A stretch of 64,000 bases of DNA from Lepidodermella squamata. Its lineage: Eukaryota > Animalia > Gastrotricha. Positions 25,705-39,244 of this stretch are shown here, piece after piece. Each line of letters starts with the position of its first letter. The first letter of the stretch is position 1. The notes under the pieces were generated by a model, which was given only the letters and a program-made list of their open reading frames with translations, did not search any database and was not told where the DNA came from. The translations under genes were made by a program, and so were the position numbers. The stretch covers positions 744,001-808,000 of the forward strand of contig JBLDXI010000025.1 of assembly GCA_047495785.1 (NCBI GenBank), given 5' to 3'.

Positions 25705-28183
25705 TTAACGCAAATAAACTTGTCTTAATATCACCAAATTCGAGAAAGCAGAAATCAGGTTGGCTGTTGGCACGACGTTCACCAGCGAAATATGGTTTTC
25801 AGAGAGTATAATGCCGATGAAAATCGCAGCGAGTAACATGATGACGTATGAATAAACAAAGGCTGTTATTGCTTTCACATCGCTATACGTTATCCGATCC
25901 ACCCGAGCGTGTCGAGCCTTGACAAGAGAATTCAATAAAAACGCCGAAAACAGCGATATCACAAGCGGTATCCCGGCGAGTCCGAACGCCAATATCGCAA
26001 AAGGATAGCTGGTTATCCCACCAAATATTGACTCAAATTGTTGGCACAGCGTGACGGTTGGCTGAAAGGCTAAGCTGTTATCATGCTCAGAGAAAATCAA
26101 CGGTAGGAGTTGAGTTTCATTTGACGCAGGGCTCAACAAGAGCGCAATGGTCATCAGAATCAGGCTAAATGCCATTGTAAAAGTTGACAACTTCCTGCTG
26201 AGCTGCTGACGTGAGGAATCAATAAAAACCTGATAGTTTCTGCGCCTATTACTCGAGCGAGATCGTGTTGCATTAACCGAAAGGTAGATTGGATTTGAAG
26301 TTTCACGCCGGATATTTGAAGCATTACTTAGCTTTAAAATCAGCATTTCCAGCTTCTGAAAACAGCCGTGAATGACGCAGATTGAAGCGCTGAATGAAAG
26401 AAATGTTTGCATCGAGCATAACACATCAAAGCGGCTGAGCTTCGCCTCGATGCCATAGAACAGGCTGACAAGGAACGAAAGAACATTTCCAAGCAAAATC
26501 AGCTGGCTCGTCGCGACATCTAATTTAGCCGATCTCATTGTGTTGCGCTTAATATTAACAAAAGAGAAAGCTGACGAGATCAGCAGTCCTATTATCGAGA
26601 TTGAAATGAAAACTGAGCTGATATTGCCGGATACAATCGGCTGTGGAATAATAATGATCACCAGCGAGTCTTTTGGAAGAGCATTTCCATCAGTTCTCCA
26701 GTATAATTTGTCCCAATGAACTACAGCCGGATCGCCCTTTCGATTAGATTTGTAGTAACCGATTGTCACCATGTTCGTTCCATTTCCGAATTCGTTAAGT
26801 TTGACTTGATTAAAAACGAATGGCATGCTGCCTGTAGGCCAGTGGTTAGCCTTGTTGTAACTGTAGTCACCCTTTAGGCCTAACACATCTATCCGACTAA
26901 TAGCTTCTAGCATCACATTGACAATGAAAGATCCATTCCTTCTGAAACTATCCGAATTTGTTGTCCAATCCGCCAGGGTGGAATTGAAATCATTTCTCAG
27001 AATATGTTCAGTTTCGTTCAAAAACAGCCCAATTAGGACGAATCGGTCGTAGTAAGTAGGAATCCAGTATTCCCAACCAACAGCTAGTTCGAGTTTATCA
27101 ACACTGTTAGCTAAGTAGCTGTTGAACCAACTACTGGTTACGTCCATTGAGTCTGAAGTATCCTGGCCAAAAATCTCGCTGATCGGAGCATCCCCATAGA
27201 ATATTGTCGTTGCCAAGATTTCTAGCAACATTTTCTTTGTACACCACCCAGCTACGATCTGAGGTATGTCTGAGTTCTCGTTGTAAGCATTCCATGAGTA
27301 ATGAAGATGAACAAACCCTGGCCCAAAAAGGTTATAGCGGTAGAGAAAACAGCCGACCATAGCGCTGTTGACGACATTCAGTAAGATAATCCGTGGTTTT
27401 CGCCGTTGAAGCTCGTCAAATGTTGTCTCAAGTTCGTACATATCGTCTGTGTCGAGTCGCAGCTTAGCCATGTAAACTATAGTGACGTTGTGAGCTTCCA
27501 TTCCATGAACAACAAAGCTGTCGATCACGTTATTGTAGGGGCTTGTATCACTGATTAGGGACACCCTTTTCCACCCAAGTTTATGAACCATGGCTACGAT
27601 GCTATCCGCGGTATAGTCCTGTTTCTCGCCAAACGGGACGAAATTTGGGAATTTTCGCCTTTCGTAATACATTTTAGGTGCAAGTGGGTAAATTACAGTC
27701 TGAAAAGCAGAAATTAAAACACTAAAAGATTTGGATTAAAGAATTTACCCCTAGCATGTTGAATGATGGCATCATGTAGGCAGCGATAGTTTGGGCAATG
27801 TTGCAAAATTCAGCTAGTGCTACGATAGGCAGGCGGTTTGGTGTAGCTGCGTTCTCTCGGAGTTTGTCAACCATTCCTGCCATGAACAAGGCATCATCGC
27901 CCTGATCATCGATCAGCTCGAAAGCGAGATCGTACCTGGTCAGCCAGTTGGGCATCTCTCGCAGCTTTTGCAGCGCTAAATGAGCTGCGACTGTCGTAGT
28001 CGGGCCAAGTGGTATTGCCCCTGAATACATAATCGAAGTGATTATCGACAGAGTTTGCCTATTGTTGGAAGAATTCCTCGGCGATTCAAAAACAAAGAAA
28101 GACGGCATAGTAGCATTCATTAGAATCAACGATACAGACGTTTGCAAGGTGATGGAAACAATCATCATTAGAGCAAGTATCAT
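25705..28183 (-). CDS. Divergent class C GPCR (Venus flytrap + 7TM, GABA-B-like topology), 2 exons
   Basis: Exon 28183-27749, 49-nt intron, exon 27699-25705. Signal peptide; ANF-receptor-like motifs (ERRKFPNF, KLGWKRVSLI, PRIILLN); no Cys-rich domain; seven hydrophobic segments; essentially no C-tail. Confidence 0.82.
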
Positions 28184-28545
28184 CGTTATGTATTGCGAAA
28201 TGCTTCACTCCCGAAATGTGATCTAAATTATATATATAGATGAAGTTTTCCAGTGAGAGAATCTGGGTGAGGATGCAGCTTCGAAATGTCAGGTTCTTTT
28301 CCCGGCTGAAATGTCAAGATATGGTTACATTTCGCGTGGTACGGTGTTATCCCGTTTTAGCATGAGATAATACAGCAAACAGCCATTAGAACCTTTTTCC
28401 GCTTTTTACGTCAAAGTTTCATTTCCGAAAACACGGAAATCAACAGTATTCATCATATTGTGCGGGAAGAGGCGTCAAAATGCTTTCAAATCAGCCTCAT
28501 TTAGGATGGATTTTCACCGGAGCTCATTAGCTTTACAGAATATTA

Positions 28546-28626
28546 TTAGCGAAACCAAATTTGCCTGCTGCGGAACCAAATTCGACTGTAGCGGAACCAA
28601 ATCTGCATTATGCGGAACCTAATTTT
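28546..28626. repeat. Degenerate 21-bp minisatellite (GCGGAACCAAAT core, 4 copies)
   Basis: Core recurs at about 21-nt spacing. Confidence 0.6.
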
Positions 28627-29854
28627 AGCTACGCCAAAGGTCGCTTTTTGAATATTTCCACAAAATTAAAGCTATGCATGAATTCTTAAGAAAAGAATGC
28701 ACCATGCACCGAATTTTACCCTAAATTAATTTTTACCATCAAGATTCAAGTCCCAAACATCTTCAGGAACAGAAATTCCGTCAAAAAATGACCGAAAGCG
28801 TGACAATGTCAAAAAACAACGTACAGGAAGGCTGGCTAAAAATATTAATATAACGCAGAGGGTGGGCGGGATCGAAAAAGCCTCGTGGTCTTCGCCAAAA
28901 GATTCAAACGACTATACTGTGTCTGTCTATATCCGAAAGCGCATTTCTTTTCCTTGTGCAAAGGCTTTCAACGGCTCCAATTACCAATTACGTGTTTATC
29001 ACGAAAAGAAAACGTTGAGAAATTGTCACTGTATGTTTGAAAGAACATCCAGGGTATACATGTTGCTTCATGTCATTTAGGCTACATAATTGTGGATCTG
29101 AAGGACATTGAAACATTGCAGTTAAAATTTATTTCACACGACGTCTGTACGATAAAGACTATTTTCTATAGAATATGCGGCATCATTTTTTCTAGTAAAC
29201 AGAGAAGAAAACGCGTCTCATTTAGAATATATAACACCAGAAAAAATAGCACCCCAATTCATCTACCAAAACCATGAATTTAGTTTCGGTATCTGAATTC
29301 ATGGGGGAAAAAGTTGCAAAATTCTGGGCATTAATTTAATTCCGAAAACTCAGAAATCCCCTAATTCCTGGGCACAATTTTCGAGCAATAATACAAAACT
29401 AAAGTAATTCACCCAGCCAAAAAATCAGTTCTTTCTATAAAATCCCATTTTTTCACAATGTTGGTGCTAGGTAACCGTTCATTGACAATAGAAAATCAAA
29501 TGGAATCGATAGCGATACGATTTTGTCGACATAGCCCTAGGCAAAATAAACTAAAAGTATATCTCAGTGCTATCAAGAGAAAATGGGGGAGGTGCATAAG
29601 CACCTCATGTTACATGGCAAAATTTCAAATAATACCCATCTTTAGAGTTCCAATGAGAAAGTGTGTCACTTCGTAATTAATACTCAAGGAATAAGTTTTG
29701 GAGCATGAAATCGGATGAATTTCGGAAATCCGTAAATTAGTAGATTAGGATACTCACAGGGCACACAGAGTTATCTTCAAAAGGAAATTTTACGAACATA
29801 TAAATCAAACAGCTTTGGTCTTTAAATTATCCGTGTTTCCTTGTAAATTGCGTG

Positions 29855-32800
29855 TCAGCCATTAGACGTGTCTTTCTTTCCCTTCCCGTCTTCGCCCGTT
29901 CGACGGCAGCATAGTCCAATGCTAACTACGGCTACAATCGCAAGAGAAACACCAGCTATAATGAGTCCAAGCCTGAAGGCATCGTCGAAAAAACTGGCAG
30001 ATCTCTGGTCCGACTGCCCAGCTTTCAATGGCTTCGATTTCAGCTTGACGTCTTTCGTCGTGATGACGAGGCCGTCGAGACCAAACATATCTATGAAACT
30101 CGCATCGTCTTTCATAGAGCTCACAGCAGTACTGACTGATTGCTGCACAGTTTCGGTCGTGATTTGCTTATCGCTACTCACAGAGCTGTTGAAGGTCGCA
30201 ACAAAGGCCTTGATTTTCTCACTGGGGTACAATAATCAGTCAGAAGGGAACTATGTGTAAGGTTTTAGCTAAGACTTACATGTATGTAATGCTGGTTATT
30301 TCTGTTTGCGGCACAACAATGCCAGCCTTTCGGTAGATGTTCTGCATCTGATCGATGAGTTGCTGCTTCAAGGCTTGATACTCCGGGCTTGAGGTGTCAT
30401 TCAGAACACTCGGGTCGATATTTGACCCATTTATCATGATTTTCGCAGCTTGGAGTTCCGTCAAAACCTGCGACAAGTATGCATCCTCTGGTTTTATAGT
30501 TGCAAGAGGAGTGGTCGGAGCTTTCGACGTTGGAGAGATAGCTGTTGTAGTTGAGAGTGAACTCGATGATTCCGTTGTAGTTGAGAGTGAACTCGATGAT
30601 TCCGTTGTAGTTGAGAGTGAACTCGATGATTCTGTTGTAGATGCCGGCGTCATAACTGGGAATGAAGTAGATTCCTTCTCAGTGCTAACTTTCGGAGAGG
30701 TTCCAACAGATGATACGTGAACAGTCAATGATGTTGCAGTAATAGGCATAGCCGTATTCTTTGGTGCGCAATCGAAAGTGAAGAAGGCCATGTCGATATC
30801 TTGGTAGTCACATCCCACCTGCGGGAGGCAATGCATGCCAAAGCCTAATTTCGACTGACCAGATCGAATCATATCTGCTAAGCCAGGAACTGGCATGTCC
30901 GCTATCATTTTCGTTGCTCTGCCATCCCGAACATGCCAAACCTTGAAAAGCAATTGATTGATAAGCAAAGAAAATCGGTTTTTCGACGAGTAAAGAACTC
31001 GAGGAATCCTCGTGAAAAATTAGTCTACAACTCACATTCAAATAAGTTTGATTGTATTCAATGACTATCTTCGGATTGTTCCCTGATATTACAGAATTTT
31101 GAAGCGAAGTTTGTCCGCGAGCAGTTAAGCCGTTATAGACGGAACTATCCCATGAAGCCGGGGTAATTCCAGCCGGTACAGGGTTGATTACTCCGAATGA
31201 TGTGTTCTTTTTTGGTGATATTACTATCATGAGACCTTGAAATGTCGCATTGGTGCCAAAGTAGCGGGTCACAGGTGGAATATCCGTTGATCGATAAATT
31301 GAATTAACTGGCTCTGCAATCATGAAGGCGAAGCCATCGCCTTTGTAAGGTCCTGTATAGTCGGCTGGGCGTGCATTTACTACGAATTCAGCTCGCCAAC
31401 AGACATCACTCGGAACCTAGGGGATCATAGAGTTAAACGGGCTACGAGAAATGATATTAGTAATAAGTGAAACTTTTTCATTGGCCCAGGCTGATCCATA
31501 TTGCAGACTTTGATTAATGGGCGGCATTTCGCCATTGGATAGGGTCAACTTCCCCAAATTCAAGTTGACTCGCGTCCCATATATTTCCCAATAATTTACT
31601 GTCATATCAATGCAATTCATAAACATGCGAGCTTGGAAAAACAAAACTTACTTATTCCGCTCGTGTCGTACAATTTGGCCGATAGATTTCGTGCGTAAGT
31701 AGCGTTTCCCCAACCCGTCCTCACCGGGACCAAGGATTCTGGGGCAATCTTCCCCGCAGCCGAGCTGCCTAACCTGGTCGACGTCGTTTGATTATTTGAA
31801 GTTGCATATACCTCAACCTCGACGATTTCCGTCACATCGAGAGTACTTGTAACATTGGCATGCCGAGCTCCGAAACCCAAATACCAGCTTTTCGTATTCA
31901 GAAACGGTAGTTGAACGTCGTTGTAACACTGAATTGTCATATTTTGCACTGGGAAATATAATTTGGCGGAAAGTCCATTCTGGCTAATGTCCATGTGAAC
32001 TTCTAAGATTTTTTGACTGGGTGTTAAAAGGTTGAGAGCCTTCAATTGGTCGTTGCAGGACGCGATCGGGAAGTTGAACGGCTGGGATCCCAGGCAGTCT
32101 ACGGCATCCCAGCTGTTTGTCGACGCTTTCGCTGTGACAATTTGAGTTTCGGGATTGATAACGAGCCCAGCTGCCATGAAACTATATTTGTAGCAATTCA
32201 GCCCGTAAAAGGAGCCGAAACCGAGTGGCGACCCTTCGTAATCTAAAGGCAACAGATTCAAGAATCTCATAATTAAATGAAACGGTTATTATTTCGTTTA
32301 CTTGAAATCGGGCTGCCGTAGCTGGGGTTGCATTTCGGCGGCTTCACCCATGTGTTCACTTGCGAGAACCAAATTCCCAATCCCTGTGAGGTGCCATTCA
32401 TTGCAACGGTCACTTTAATAAGCACATCTTGAACGGAAAAAAATCCCGTCGACCAAATAGACCCTTCAGCTGGAACATTGGTGCTTGGCGAATTAGGATC
32501 TTTTTCGATCAACCTGCCGGATTTAGTCTGCGTTCGCGGGCTAGGAAACTGCTCCCATGCTGCGGATGTATTTCTCACTTGGTCGAACCAGAGAGTCGAT
32601 ATATTTTTCATTGGTCGAAGGTCGTAGAATTCGACTCGCGTGATTGTTACACCATCATGGGCGGCTTCATTAGACGCTCCAAAGCCAACAAAGGCCCGAC
32701 CACTCGTTGTTAGATTCGCCATACCTATGATCGTTGAGTTTGTCAGACAAGCGTTTCCTGTTGCCCTGATTCGGTCCCATACCATCACCGATAGACTATC

Positions 32801-34889
32801 ATTGACAACTTGAGCCACAAGTGTTAGATTGCTAGAGTTCGATGGCTGGTCGAAGTTAAAAAGGCATGTTGCGATCTGGCCAGGTTTTGTCACATTCCGT
32901 TCATTATCTTGGGTAATCTGCAGGTTCTGAACCGTTGCTGCGTAATCGACGAATAGTTGCCGCGGTTCTAGCCGAGCAAACAATCGCAGACCGCGAAATT
33001 GCGATTGATCGGCGCCGTTCGCTCTCGCTGCCTTGTCTGCTCTTGCCGTAAGTGTTGTCACTCTGTCAACTACATAGACAATCATGCCGTTTCCCTTATC
33101 GCCGAGATATTGAAGCGTTATGTCAACTTCGAGCCGCCAGTTTGCCGCCGATTTACTTATAGGCTGTTGAATAATCAAGAAATTCAATGAAAAATCGAAA
33201 ATCAGATATATTGTATGCTTATTCCAGTTTTGGGCTACAGGGTGCGAAGTACAGGGGAGCTGGGGTGCCGGAACACTCGGAACGCTCCGGGACTCGAACC
33301 AGAAGAAGGCTGAAAGAACCACAGGCGAGACCCTTTGGTTTCTTCGGCTGGGCACCGACGAAACCGAGAAAACACCTCAGCTCCAGGATCCTACTTCGCA
33401 CACTGGTGGGCTAGTAGACCCGCCAAGTGATTTCGACCTGATCTCAATCTCCAATCATTTAAAAATAGGGTGTTGTGCAATGATGATTACGCATCAATTG
33501 TTGTCTTTTCAAATGGCTAGATGAGGCTGAAATCGATTGGCCGATCTCATATAGATTTCAGGCTGTTAGTCTTGTCTGGACCTCTCGAGATGGGCGTGCC
33601 CTCAGTACCCACTCCCCTCTCTAAGCTTCATTGAGTCTTGAATTCATGAACAAAATTGAAGTATTTGGACACCATTTACTAGCTCATTCCCTTTATTGAG
33701 AATTCTAGTAACATCCCGAATGCCCCGAATTCACGCTCTCCGAAATTGAGTTTTCATCTGTAATTTTCTTATTTCGAAACTATGAACTTGAAACGTCCTT
33801 GTTTGGGAAATGAATGAAATTATCTTACAATTCTGCTCCAAATCGATCCATTGTTGCATGTCTGAGGCTTTTTGGGCTGAAGAGCCCATTGCGAGGGGTA
33901 AAGACTAGATGCATTGCCAACGAATCGCCAAACATTCTCAACCGGTCGATCGAAAAATAGCGATTGTTCAGGTTTGAACCTTGCTAAGGGCAGGCTTGCT
34001 GGCAGCGGTAGTATGTCCACCCTTGGGCTTGGATAAGTAGTAGGATGCGGCATAACCCCATAAGTAGAGCACACGCGTTGAAGCTCGATAAGTTTCTCGC
34101 GTGGCAGTGTTTCATTGTGAATCGAAAAGCAAGCAAATTGACCCATATTTAAATACTGCGTATTGTCTGCCATCCTGTAAGCGAAATGTTTCTGCTAAAC
34201 TGATAAATTAAAATAGAAAATGCCTACCGTCTACCAAGAGTAAAGCGCTCACTTGTTCTAGCGCGAAACTCTATCAGCCCAAGTCTAGCACCGTTGATAG
34301 TGTTTGGGCTATCGATGCCGCAATACAGCGTGTAAGTATGCTGAGAAAAGTCGTAAGTCAAAGCGACGAACTTCCACGTATCAAGCTTGCATGCAAAAGA
34401 CTGGAAGCTACCACTGTCAACCGGGTTGAAAAACAACCTATTTTTTGAATCGTAGTTGGCCCAAACGTGTAAACCATAGTTCCCATCGACAAGAGTATAT
34501 TCAAATATCGGGCCAACCGTGGTGGTAGATGGGACTCTGACGAAAGCGGCAATGGTCCAGGAGCTTTTACTCGCCGTGAGATTAAATTCTTTTCCTTGAA
34601 ATTTGACAAAGCTATCATAATCGCCACGGCAAATTTCGATGGCTGAAGTTGCGGATCCAAGCGAAAAATTCGAAGTGGAATTCGGACCTTGGACATACGC
34701 ATAGCTTCCCCCATTCATCTCGCCATCTAAGCCATTGCCGCTTACGTCCCTTACTCCATACTGGCTGTTCAAAGGCCAGTAGCCTTTAGCAGGGGGCAGT
34801 GATGGGTCAGGCAATGCTGGTAACGAGCAATCCTGAATGGTCACAGCGAAGAAATTTGCTGAAAAAATTGCGATAACAAGCGACAACAT
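29855..34889 (-). CDS. LamG + 3 L-type lectin + mucin + SEA-like + TM receptor, copy 2
   Basis: Collinear with copy 1, with matching intron positions; ATG at 34889 (MLSLVIAIF...); KGDGFAF in lectin domain 3. Confidence 0.8.
30544..30640. repeat. 30-bp x3 coding tandem repeat (TTESSSSLST) in the mucin stalk
   Basis: GTTGTAGTTGAGAGTGAACTCGATGATTCC three times (last unit near-exact). Confidence 0.95.
33238..33405. mobile_element. 168-bp hAT-like MITE in an intron
   Basis: TIRs CAGGGTGCGAAGTA / TACTTCGCACACTG; 8-bp TSD TTGGGCTA / GTGGGCTA (7 of 8 match); internal B-box-like GGTTCGAGTCCC on the minus strand. Confidence 0.7.
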
Positions 34890-36924
34890 TTTATCAAAAT
34901 AGTTGCGACTCTCACTTCTCCAATCCTTTGTCGAATTTATTAAAAATCCCGCGAGGTTAAATATCGATACCAAGCACAAATATTTTGAATTTTCTTACCG
35001 CAATTACACCGTTTTCCGATTCAAGTCAAATAAAAACAATGAGCAAGGAGATACATCTCCGACATGCCGGAGTTGAAATTGTAATGCTGTATGCGAAAAA
35101 CACACACAAAAGTATAGACACATAAAGCCAAAAAAAGCAGTGGATAAAAGCTCTAAGCCATAGATAAATAAATACAGTAGATCTGACACGCTAGTACATT
35201 TATGTGTGCCGAGATGACTCATCACGATTTTTTGCTTTTTGGGTCGCGCGCCCGAAGAAATCACTTGATGAGGGTAATAATCTGTGTACTGCAAAAAGTG
35301 ACCAGCTATCAACTGAAAAAGGCTGCCTATTTTTGAAATTGAAAAATCTCAAATAGCGTCATAACCGATTTGGCTGATTTTTCGGTCACATGTTAATGGA
35401 GCTCTCGTCTACGTGTTGGTATAAATTTTACGGGCGGCAACCTTTCCACTGATTTTTTGTGAATTTTCAAAAAGACCTACTTTTACAATGTTTTATATGC
35501 TATTTTTGCCGAGTTTCCTGTGATGAATCATTACTAAAAAGAGGTAACACTTTCTAAAATTACCAGGAAAATTTCAGAAGTTATTGAAAGAATTTTCATA
35601 CGATAATTTGTGGATACAAAATATTTAGAATATTATGGAAACAAAAATAAATTATTTTGTTTGGGTTTTACCCGTCAAAATACCGCGAATTTTCCCTCCC
35701 AACTGGTCAACTTGCCGGCTCTATAAGTTATATCAAAATGAAGCTGATCAACATAGATCCTGGCTACCTGCTGCCAAATACGGTGCTCCTTGTTTCCTTC
35801 GATGCAAGAATGTCATTGTCGACAAATTCAGCTTGGTGAATATACGCATACCTGATCGGAATTTGAAGGCGAGTTATCGATTTGAACTAAGCAGGGACAT
35901 GTCCGACACCGAAGTCTCGGATATGGACCCCAAACTCATCCACGAAAATAAATGAAATCACAGCTGTGCTGCATTGTCTGCATGTTTAGCATCATCAAAA
36001 TTGCCCAGGAACTTAGAGCATCTTTGACTAAATTTTGGAAAATAAATGAAATTATCTCACTATTCTGCTTCATATCGATCCATGGTTCCATATCTGAAGC
36101 TTTTTGGGCTGAAGAGCATGTTGGGAAGATGTATTATTTTGAAGTATTCTGCGCAGTTTTTCCCGGAATTTCCTAAAATTCCAAAGTTAGCTAGTGGAAA
36201 CGAGCAACTTCATCTCCTCTTCGTTGCAAGTAATGAACGCTAATTTTTAATTCACGACTCTATTGCCCTAAAACTCACGTAAGCAAGCGTAGATACCGAA
36301 TTATAAGTGTGGACCTAATTACAACGGAGGACCTATTTAGTACATTTAGTAGAGAGAGTTGCGAGGCATTCGAAATAATTAGAGGGAAGACCTGAAATGT
36401 AGAGAGGGTCTTATGCTGCCACTCATGACGCCACCTGAAAATGTCTGAGCGGGAAAAAATCAGCTGCTCACCTTAATCCCGCTTAAATTTGTTTGCATAC
36501 ACCCTATGCGAAACATGATGAAAAAGTGGCCAACTACCTGGCGCGAGGCATTATCAATGAAAGTCCTCTCAATCGAAGGCGTTTTGCGGCATTTGATGTG
36601 ATGCCCAAAGTTTGTGCGGGGCGAAAAAAATTAATAGGGAGGCCACAAATGCAGTGACAATCAAAAGATCCGCACGGTGGAATTGAGGCGACGCTAGTTG
36701 GCATTTTTCGCACGAGCGATGAAATGAGGCTGTTTATCACCTGCAAAACTGGGACCAAAATGACGCCTTTTTCACGAGCTCCAGGAAAAGGGGGATATAG
36801 TTTCAATAATATGAATATATTCATGAGAAGTCATGAAACTAGGACATTCTTGGTTATTATTTTTCCGGAAGTTTTCTGAAATAATTATCAACTTTGAGTG
36901 CTTCGCAATATTAATTAGCACCGA

Positions 36925-37100
36925 GTGAATATTCATATTTTTGAAACTATTAAAACTTCTTGGCCTGTCCGAGTTACACCTTTTATTTTTAGCTGATTTT
37001 AACCCCAGCTTGAAGCTAAAAATAGTTCGGGAAATTCGGGCACATGTGAGATATTTTTCGTTTCAAGTCAACAAATTCCTGACCGTGCGTAACTTTGATT
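36925..37100. repeat. Dispersed repeat fragment; second copy inverted at about 53100-53265
   Basis: Reverse complement aligns by eye (GCACGGTCAGG...AAAATATCTCA...GAACTATTTT.AGCT.CAAGCT). Confidence 0.6.
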
Positions 37101-39244
37101 TCCACTGAACAAGAGAGGCCCTGAATTAAAGAGATGGGTTTTCGGACCGTTTGAAAAGTATTGTAGGGAAAATGTAGGGATATGCCGGTAAATCCGAGTT
37201 AATCACTAACGCTAACGATATCTAGGTGAGTTTGCAGGTGAGTTTTCGCGAAAACCTATCGATTTAAATCAAGCACTGGAATGTTCGATACTGCCGCCTC
37301 GACTATGGACGGTAAACGGTACACCATGGTGCAAAAATGAAACCGTAGACGTGCTGCCCTAATTTATTATCTTGCCAATCATGCCTTTATTTAGCGTTGC
37401 TTAACAACACAAATCAACAAGGTCACCAAAATATTGCATTGAGGTGGTTCGGCAAGCATTAAATCAAAATAATGTTCCTCCTAATTTTATTTTTTTCCGC
37501 TGGGGCATTAAGCCTGTGTGATTGCCAATCGTTTCTGCGTACTTTCGAAAAATGGGTTAGCAAGCCTGAGTTTGAAGGCATGCTACCAGCGACTCTTTTG
37601 CCGTACTACGAAGGGTCAACTGACTCGTTAACTGCATGCACGGGCTACTGCACGGGAAACCAAAGCTGTAGCAGTCTCGCTTACAGCAAATCAAAGCGAA
37701 GTTGCAAGCTGTACAGCCACGTCGGATCACCTACTCCGCTGCCTAAATTGAAGCAAGATTCAGAATCAAATCACAAAATGTACTACAGGGTTTGTAAAGA
37801 CTTTTTATTGCCAGCTGCCGCATTGTAAGACGTGTATTCGGCAACAGAGCCACTTTTGCCCTCCAGGCTGGATTGCAGACAACGAGAACGACCGTTGCTA
37901 TCTGTTGCAAAATGAATCGCTCTGGCGCCAGTATTCGTGGAAGGTTTGCAGTGAAAACTTTCAGTCAGAGCTGGTAACCTTTCAAAACGTCCAACAGCGG
38001 CAGAAGCTATACCAGGTATTTTTGCCAACTTGACTAGTTTGCGAATATTACCGATCTGGAGGAGCTAAAATTTGAATTATAGCCTCTTGTTCCTCAACGC
38101 TTTCTTATTGACCTGTCAATGGCGCAGATTTTTACGTTCTATAAACCATCGATTTTGATTTCCTCGGTGGCGTTAAAGATTCCCCAGTCGGTACAAGGCA
38201 AAGGTGTGAGATCATTGATTTTCCGCTGCTATTTATACATATGTGGTAACCTAGGTGCAGTGTTCCGGTTTCGCCCACTGTACCATCAGAGACAGAATCA
38301 AAAATATTCCTTCATTGAAACCGTTGAGTAAAGGGGCAGGGGTGTAGTTAATCAAGGTACACTTTTAAGACCTTGTGAAGCTTGTCAGGATTAGGGATTC
38401 TTCATTTATAAATTCGCGAGGTTTTTGCCTTTTAATAAACAATTTCGCTCGCTTCACTTGCAAATATCAATTTTCCTTATGTTTTCTATTCCCTGAAGCC
38501 AGCAGATCCCATTCTCATCAGAGCCATTTTCTCTGACCTGGAATCTGTACGGGAGGTAGTTTACGACCCCTGATATGCTCATTTTTCGCATTTTCATGGG
38601 CAATTCGCCAAAAAATTGGCTCGTTACGCTCGCATTCTGATTCGTTTTTTCATTTTAGTTTCCCGATAATAGCATCATACTTACTCTTCTAGAACAGCAT
38701 TGAAGACTTGAAGCTTCCGAACGAAAATTTATACATTATTTTCATGGTCTAATTGCCATTAATTTAAAAAATTATCCTAAAAATCCCTGAACAATAAAGT
38801 TACTGTACTTATAACAGAGACTCTTGTTTTGTATGTATCAATTCCAATTAAAAAGTTAAAATGATGAATAAAGGCCAGTCAGGCGCTTACATTGTCAGGC
38901 TCAATTTCCAAGTGAAAAATTAGTTCCAAATTTAAGAGTGTGGAAAGTGAGGTGCATACAATTTCTTTGACATCGCGTCTTATCTTTTCCAATCGGTTTC
39001 TAGATTCTCAGGCAGTATGCATCGCCTAATGTGACGAAATGTGATCGTTTTAAAGAGCACGAGCTATTTTTTCCTCTTTTCAACTTAACTTTTATTCTTT
39101 TCTAACACTATTCAATAAAATAACATACTGGCACTAAGCCAACTAAATTAACATAGCATTACCTGCTACTCCCAAACAGTTTCTAAACCTAGGAAGCCGG
39201 GCCTAACCTAGCTTCTTCCCCCCTATTTTATTCTAGAAGCCCTG

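Noticed and set aside
30544-30640. CRISPR-like array
   Set aside because: Head-to-tail repeats without spacers, in frame within a mucin stalk, in a eukaryotic context.
20483-30720. Conserved plus-strand ORFs (20483-20794, 21082-21303, 29868-30260, 30394-30720)
   Set aside because: They are antisense shadows of the duplicated minus-strand receptor exons.
35000-36900. Possible gene or defined transposon in the intergenic stretch
   Set aside because: Only short motif-less ORFs, and no TIR/TSD pair could be established by eye.
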